In this document: positions 6,471-10,042 of the stretch, in pieces
How the letters are laid out: each line of letters opens with the position of its first letter
Numbering within the stretch: the stretch's first letter is position 1
Assembly (NCBI GenBank): GCA_047611865.1
Contig: JBLFWS010000123.1
Coordinates: 1 to 10,042, forward strand
Length of the DNA: 10,042 nucleotides
Reading direction: 5' to 3'
From: Chlamydiales bacterium
Lineage (GTDB): Bacteria; Chlamydiota; Chlamydiia; Chlamydiales; JBDQID01
The notes under the pieces: generated by a model
Databases searched by the model: none
What the model was told of the DNA's origin: nothing
What the model saw: the letters and a program-made list of their open reading frames with translations, nothing else
Program-made: the position numbers and the translations under genes

Positions 6471-7565
6471 ATGACTATAGCAAATAGAGAGAATTCCTTG
6501 CCTTCACGCTTACTTACTTTTTTTGAACGCGAGGGAAATACTGTTTCGGATAAACCTGAAAGACTCGCAAACGCCTGCCTAAGCCTTATCCGAACACCCT
6601 TTGGCAAAAACTATCATATCACCAGAGATCACACCTACGTCCCTCAAAAAACTACCAGTAAGGCAAAGCGCGTTGCGACTGGCGCCTTCCTCTTTACCGC
6701 TTTTCTCCCTGTTACAGCCGTTATGACCCTCGCTGGAATCATTTCGCAAAGCTTCTCCATGTCCTATCGAGAGTCCTTTAAAGAATTATCTGAGGATTTC
6801 GATGGACTTGACGGAAAGATAGAAAAACACTTTAGAAGGAAACTATTCGCGCACGATATACATGCGGGGACAAGCTCGGAACAATTAATTAATGCTCTTT
6901 GCGTGGATAGAAAAAAAATCCGAAACAAAAGAAAAGCCCCTCTACCTCTTTGCCATGAGGCCAAAAAGATTCGACAATATAAAACAGCACTGAAATTTTG
7001 CCTAAACCCCAATATCAAAAAGATTAAGAGAAACTACATCTCCCAATACGAAGCAGACATAAGAGAGAGCAATAACTTCAAAAGGACATTCACCTGTCGC
7101 TTCGAAGACACCACGATAAAATTACCTCAGCTATTGCTAGCGGACATTAAACGTGGAGGCTACCTTGTCCAGGGAGAACTTATCCCCAAGCACGAAGATG
7201 CTAAAGTTAAAGCTGCGGACTTTTACAAAAAAGTTCTCGATTTATGTGATGGCGATGAAAACATGGCCCTGTCCATCGTAAAATTAACCAACCAGCGTGG
7301 CTGTCTGGATATGTATCGCCACTTTGTCAATCGATTCTCCAACACAGGTTTATACATACGCTGCGCTGAAGTAGTCATGATTCCCGAAGACTTTGTTTCC
7401 TATAATATCCAAAAAGATGAAGCAGGTCAGCTTACGGTAAAAATGTTCTTACTCGTTGACATCAAAGAAGGCCTACGTGGCGAAAAAACCCTAGCTCATT
7501 GCAAAGTAACGACTTCTATTAATCTACAAACTGAAATAGCAGAGTTCTACTTCGCAAAAGTTTAG
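6471..7565 (+). CDS. Hypothetical protein with an N-proximal Pro-kinked hydrophobic segment; Inc-like or secreted effector candidate
   Basis: Open frame of about 364 aa. GAGGT at 6461-6465 favours ATG 6471 (or 6468) over GTG 6459. It contains hydrophobic VATGAFLFTAFLPVTAVMTLAGII (about 6672-6743), a basic middle region and a globular alpha/beta C-terminal domain I cannot name. Confidence 0.8.
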   Translation: MTIANRENSLPSRLLTFFEREGNTVSDKPERLANACLSLIRTPFGKNYHITRDHTYVPQKTTSKAKRVATGAFLFTAFLPVTAVMTLAGIISQSFSMSYRESFKELSEDFDGLDGKIEKHFRRKLFAHDIHAGTSSEQLINALCVDRKKIRNKRKAPLPLCHEAKKIRQYKTALKFCLNPNIKKIKRNYISQYEADIRESNNFKRTFTCRFEDTTIKLPQLLLADIKRGGYLVQGELIPKHEDAKVKAADFYKKVLDLCDGDENMALSIVKLTNQRGCLDMYRHFVNRFSNTGLYIRCAEVVMIPEDFVSYNIQKDEAGQLTVKMFLLVDIKEGLRGEKTLAHCKVTTSINLQTEIAEFYFAKV

Positions 7566-7776
7566 TCCATCCTGACTTCCCCGCTGGGGGCCAATGCTCT
7601 GTTAAGTTTAATGAGGGGGAGGTCTTCATCCTCTTTTCAGAGATTTCGTTAAGGGAATGATGACTCACCAAAACGGAGACTTCCAATGATAAAAATATGT
7701 CAAATTAAGGAAGAAAAGGCTATCTATCCTCCCACTCCCCAGATCGTGGGAACCCAGTTGTTTGAGGGACTCTAAA

Positions 7777-10042
7777 TTAAGATGGATCTCTTTCGATTTG
7801 CTGTTTTATCTCACTGAATGCAGCGTTAAATTCTCTCATAGAACAGCGGACTTCTGGGTCAGGAGCCATAGCGCGTATCATCAAGCTATGAAACTTATTG
7901 CTCACTTCTACAGAGGCTCCTGGGATACTCATCTGTTCTCTGGGGAGTAGTTCGTTTATACGCTCTTGGTTAGCTTTTAGCTCTTTTGCTTGAGTAGCCC
8001 TTCTCTGAAGAAATTCTTGCATATTTTCCCCAGTCTGGTTGGAAAAAGCTTGTGGCCTACCTCCTAATAATATTTCATGAGTCATGACAGCAAAACTGAA
8101 TACGTCCATTTTTGCTGGATGGCCAGGTTCATTTGGAAGAAACCTTTCAGGAGGAGCATAGGGTGTGGAACAAGCGTGGCTCTCCGAAGTCGCGATGCCT
8201 GTTTCGGGGTCAAAAGTGCGTATTGAATCCACATAATCTGTTAAGTGAGGTTTCTCATCTTGCATGACGATATTTGCGGGCTTTACATCATTTAAACCAA
8301 CCCCTTTTGCATGCACTTCTTCAAGCGAGTTTCCCATTTGGGATAGTATATTCAACTTTTCTGATAGAGGGCGGGGGGCTCCTCTACCTAGATAATCTTT
8401 TAAATCCGTATAATCTGAAACAAATTGCTGCATCATTTTACACTGTACGGCTCCTTCGGTATCAACATAGAAAAAAAGTTTTGTTGGGATAACTCCCTTA
8501 ACTTGATTCACTTCCGAAAGATAAGCTTGCATATTGTTTAGACTTTTTAACAACTCTCCTTCATCAGCTTTCCAAGAGCCAAGAGTAACTTGTTCTCCAG
8601 GCCTCCAGGAACGTTGGACGATTTTCATTCCTCCCTCACCAAGTATTTTCTGGGATTTACTTGTTTCAAGAAGATCTATTTCTTTCCTGTCATTCATGTA
8701 AAGTAGGTCACCATTAGGTAATTCCACAGAATTCATTTCTAAGCCAATATGAGTACGTTTTCCTTCTGCCATGAAATGCACCTTCTTTGCAATAGAAGGG
8801 TTAGTACCCATTGTAGTAAGCACTTTTGTCTTTTTTTCCAGAGAAAGGTATTTTGACATCTTTTTTCCGACCCTGTCGAGGGTGCTACCCTTTGCTCCAG
8901 TAGCAGCATGCCAACCGCGTAAAGAGGGCAGCATTTCCTTAAATTTTTTAGAAAATTCCCTTAAGGAAATACGATTTCCCGGATTAGGATCTGTGGCATC
9001 AGCCATAAGACTTTGAAAATCTTCTTGGATTCCAGGGGTTTCTCCAGCTATAGTCTCCCTCGTTTTATGATACTTCTCGCCTAGATTTTCTCTTGCTTCT
9101 GTGTCGACTTTTGCCATTGCAAACCTTTGCATAAGACCTGGAAATCCACCTTGATTAATCTGCATCGAAGCTTTTTTAAATAGTAGGATATGTAATACCT
9201 GTGCAAGGCAAAACAGGTCACTTCGTGCTTCTGTTGGTTTGGCCATTATGCTTTCGGGAGATTGAACATGGACAGAGCCACCTCCAGCAAGCTGTCCTGT
9301 GCTTCCTAAATCAAAATCTGTTAATTTTAAGCTGGCTACTCCATTTTTATCAAATACGACGATAATGTTCGCGTCTTTAATATCATTGTGCACAACACCT
9401 GCATCCCACATTGTCTCGCAATCATCTATGAGGGTGCACACCAGATCTATTTTATCTGAATCTGATAATTCTCGATCCTTGACGTAGTCTTCAAGTGTTA
9501 AATAATCAGGGATCTTTTCCTGTACAGTAAGGATTCCGACTTCTCCAGCGCTATCCTCATAAAAAAGGAAGTCTGTATCAACACATCCTGGGCAATCATG
9601 GGTTGCTCGGGAAATCTTATCGCCAGATGCTATTAAACGACTCCTGATGCTACTTAGGGAGTCATTAAATTCACCTATGGCGACTTTCGCTCTTTGTACA
9701 GCTCCATTTACCCAGCTGCTTTGCGAGCCTTGAGTAACAACCTTCATAGCTCCAGCGCCTAATAGACTGGCACTCAATGTCCTATCGATGACACTTATTT
9801 TGCCATCTTTGAGAACAAGAATATGATTTGGAAGTTTGACTGCATTCAAGCAGGCCAAGTCACCTTGAACTTCACCGTTTTGAGCTTGAAACACTACGCT
9901 GAATTTATCTAAATATTCAGAATTATTTTGGCAAAGTTCTAAAATTTCATTTCGCCGATCTTCGGGAAGATTTCGCCGATCTTCGAGAAGATTTTCTTGT
10001 AACTCCCTATAAATTAATTTGCGTTGAGGGGATAAAAGGGGT
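7777..10042 (-). CDS. Tandem double eukaryotic-like Ser/Thr protein kinase, 5'-truncated
   Basis: The frame is open from 10041 (PLLSPQRKLIYRELQ...) to the stop at 7779-7777, so GTG 9894 is probably not the start. Domain 1: GAGAMKVV, HNDIKDANI, TDFD, SPE, SDLFCLA, DPNPGNR. Domain 2: GEGGMKIV, LNDVKPANI, TDY, APPE, MDVFSFA, PDPEVR. Confidence 0.92.
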   Translation of the reverse strand, partial: PLLSPQRKLIYRELQENLLEDRRNLPEDRRNEILELCQNNSEYLDKFSVVFQAQNGEVQGDLACLNAVKLPNHILVLKDGKISVIDRTLSASLLGAGAMKVVTQGSQSSWVNGAVQRAKVAIGEFNDSLSSIRSRLIASGDKISRATHDCPGCVDTDFLFYEDSAGEVGILTVQEKIPDYLTLEDYVKDRELSDSDKIDLVCTLIDDCETMWDAGVVHNDIKDANIIVVFDKNGVASLKLTDFDLGSTGQLAGGGSVHVQSPESIMAKPTEARSDLFCLAQVLHILLFKKASMQINQGGFPGLMQRFAMAKVDTEARENLGEKYHKTRETIAGETPGIQEDFQSLMADATDPNPGNRISLREFSKKFKEMLPSLRGWHAATGAKGSTLDRVGKKMSKYLSLEKKTKVLTTMGTNPSIAKKVHFMAEGKRTHIGLEMNSVELPNGDLLYMNDRKEIDLLETSKSQKILGEGGMKIVQRSWRPGEQVTLGSWKADEGELLKSLNNMQAYLSEVNQVKGVIPTKLFFYVDTEGAVQCKMMQQFVSDYTDLKDYLGRGAPRPLSEKLNILSQMGNSLEEVHAKGVGLNDVKPANIVMQDEKPHLTDYVDSIRTFDPETGIATSESHACSTPYAPPERFLPNEPGHPAKMDVFSFAVMTHEILLGGRPQAFSNQTGENMQEFLQRRATQAKELKANQERINELLPREQMSIPGASVEVSNKFHSLMIRAMAPDPEVRCSMREFNAAFSEIKQQIERDPS
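9949..9990. repeat. In-frame 21-bp tandem duplication in the kinase gene
   Basis: atttcgccgatcttcgggaag (9949-9969) and atttcgccgatcttcgagaag (9970-9990) differ at one base. On the minus strand they encode NLLEDRR-NLPEDRR. Confidence 0.93.

Noticed and set aside
7566..7776. Terminator or small RNA between the convergent hypothetical and kinase genes
   Set aside because: Only short stems are present (for example cccc-gct-gggg), with no adjacent U-tract and no recognisable RNA family.
6764..9487. Short ORFs 6764-7018, 7762-7950, 8274-8492, 8771-9016, 9299-9487
   Set aside because: They are antisense shadows of the longer, well-supported CDSs.

Overview
The window looks like DNA from an environmental Chlamydiota bacterium. 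This is inferred from maf directly followed by a HEAT-repeat lipoprotein (the CT349/CT350 arrangement of Chlamydia trachomatis, from memory) and from effector-like neighbours. A conserved three-gene block (hypothetical, maf, HEAT lipoprotein; 2468-5113) lies among accessory genes. To its left is a 5'-truncated coiled-coil protein with 147-bp tandem repeats, an internal 33-bp perfect inverted repeat, 23 N-x-S/T sequons before a weak TM segment and none after it. A frameshifted, truncated IS end follows (about 1900-2225). To the right of the block is a pseudogene that the ORF track shows only in part. It can be rebuilt (6138->5235) as signal peptide + two CCP-x12-CI repeats + Pro/Thr linker + GPI-signal-like tail, and it is interrupted by a 228-bp MITE with a perfect 9-bp target duplication and the same terminal repeat as the IS remnant. 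An Inc/effector-like hypothetical gene comes next, then a 5'-truncated tandem double Ser/Thr kinase in which both domains show a WNK-like lysine shift. The most interesting signals are the two proteins with eukaryotic secretory-pathway hallmarks and the double WNK-like kinase. All homology calls come from motif recognition, with no database search.
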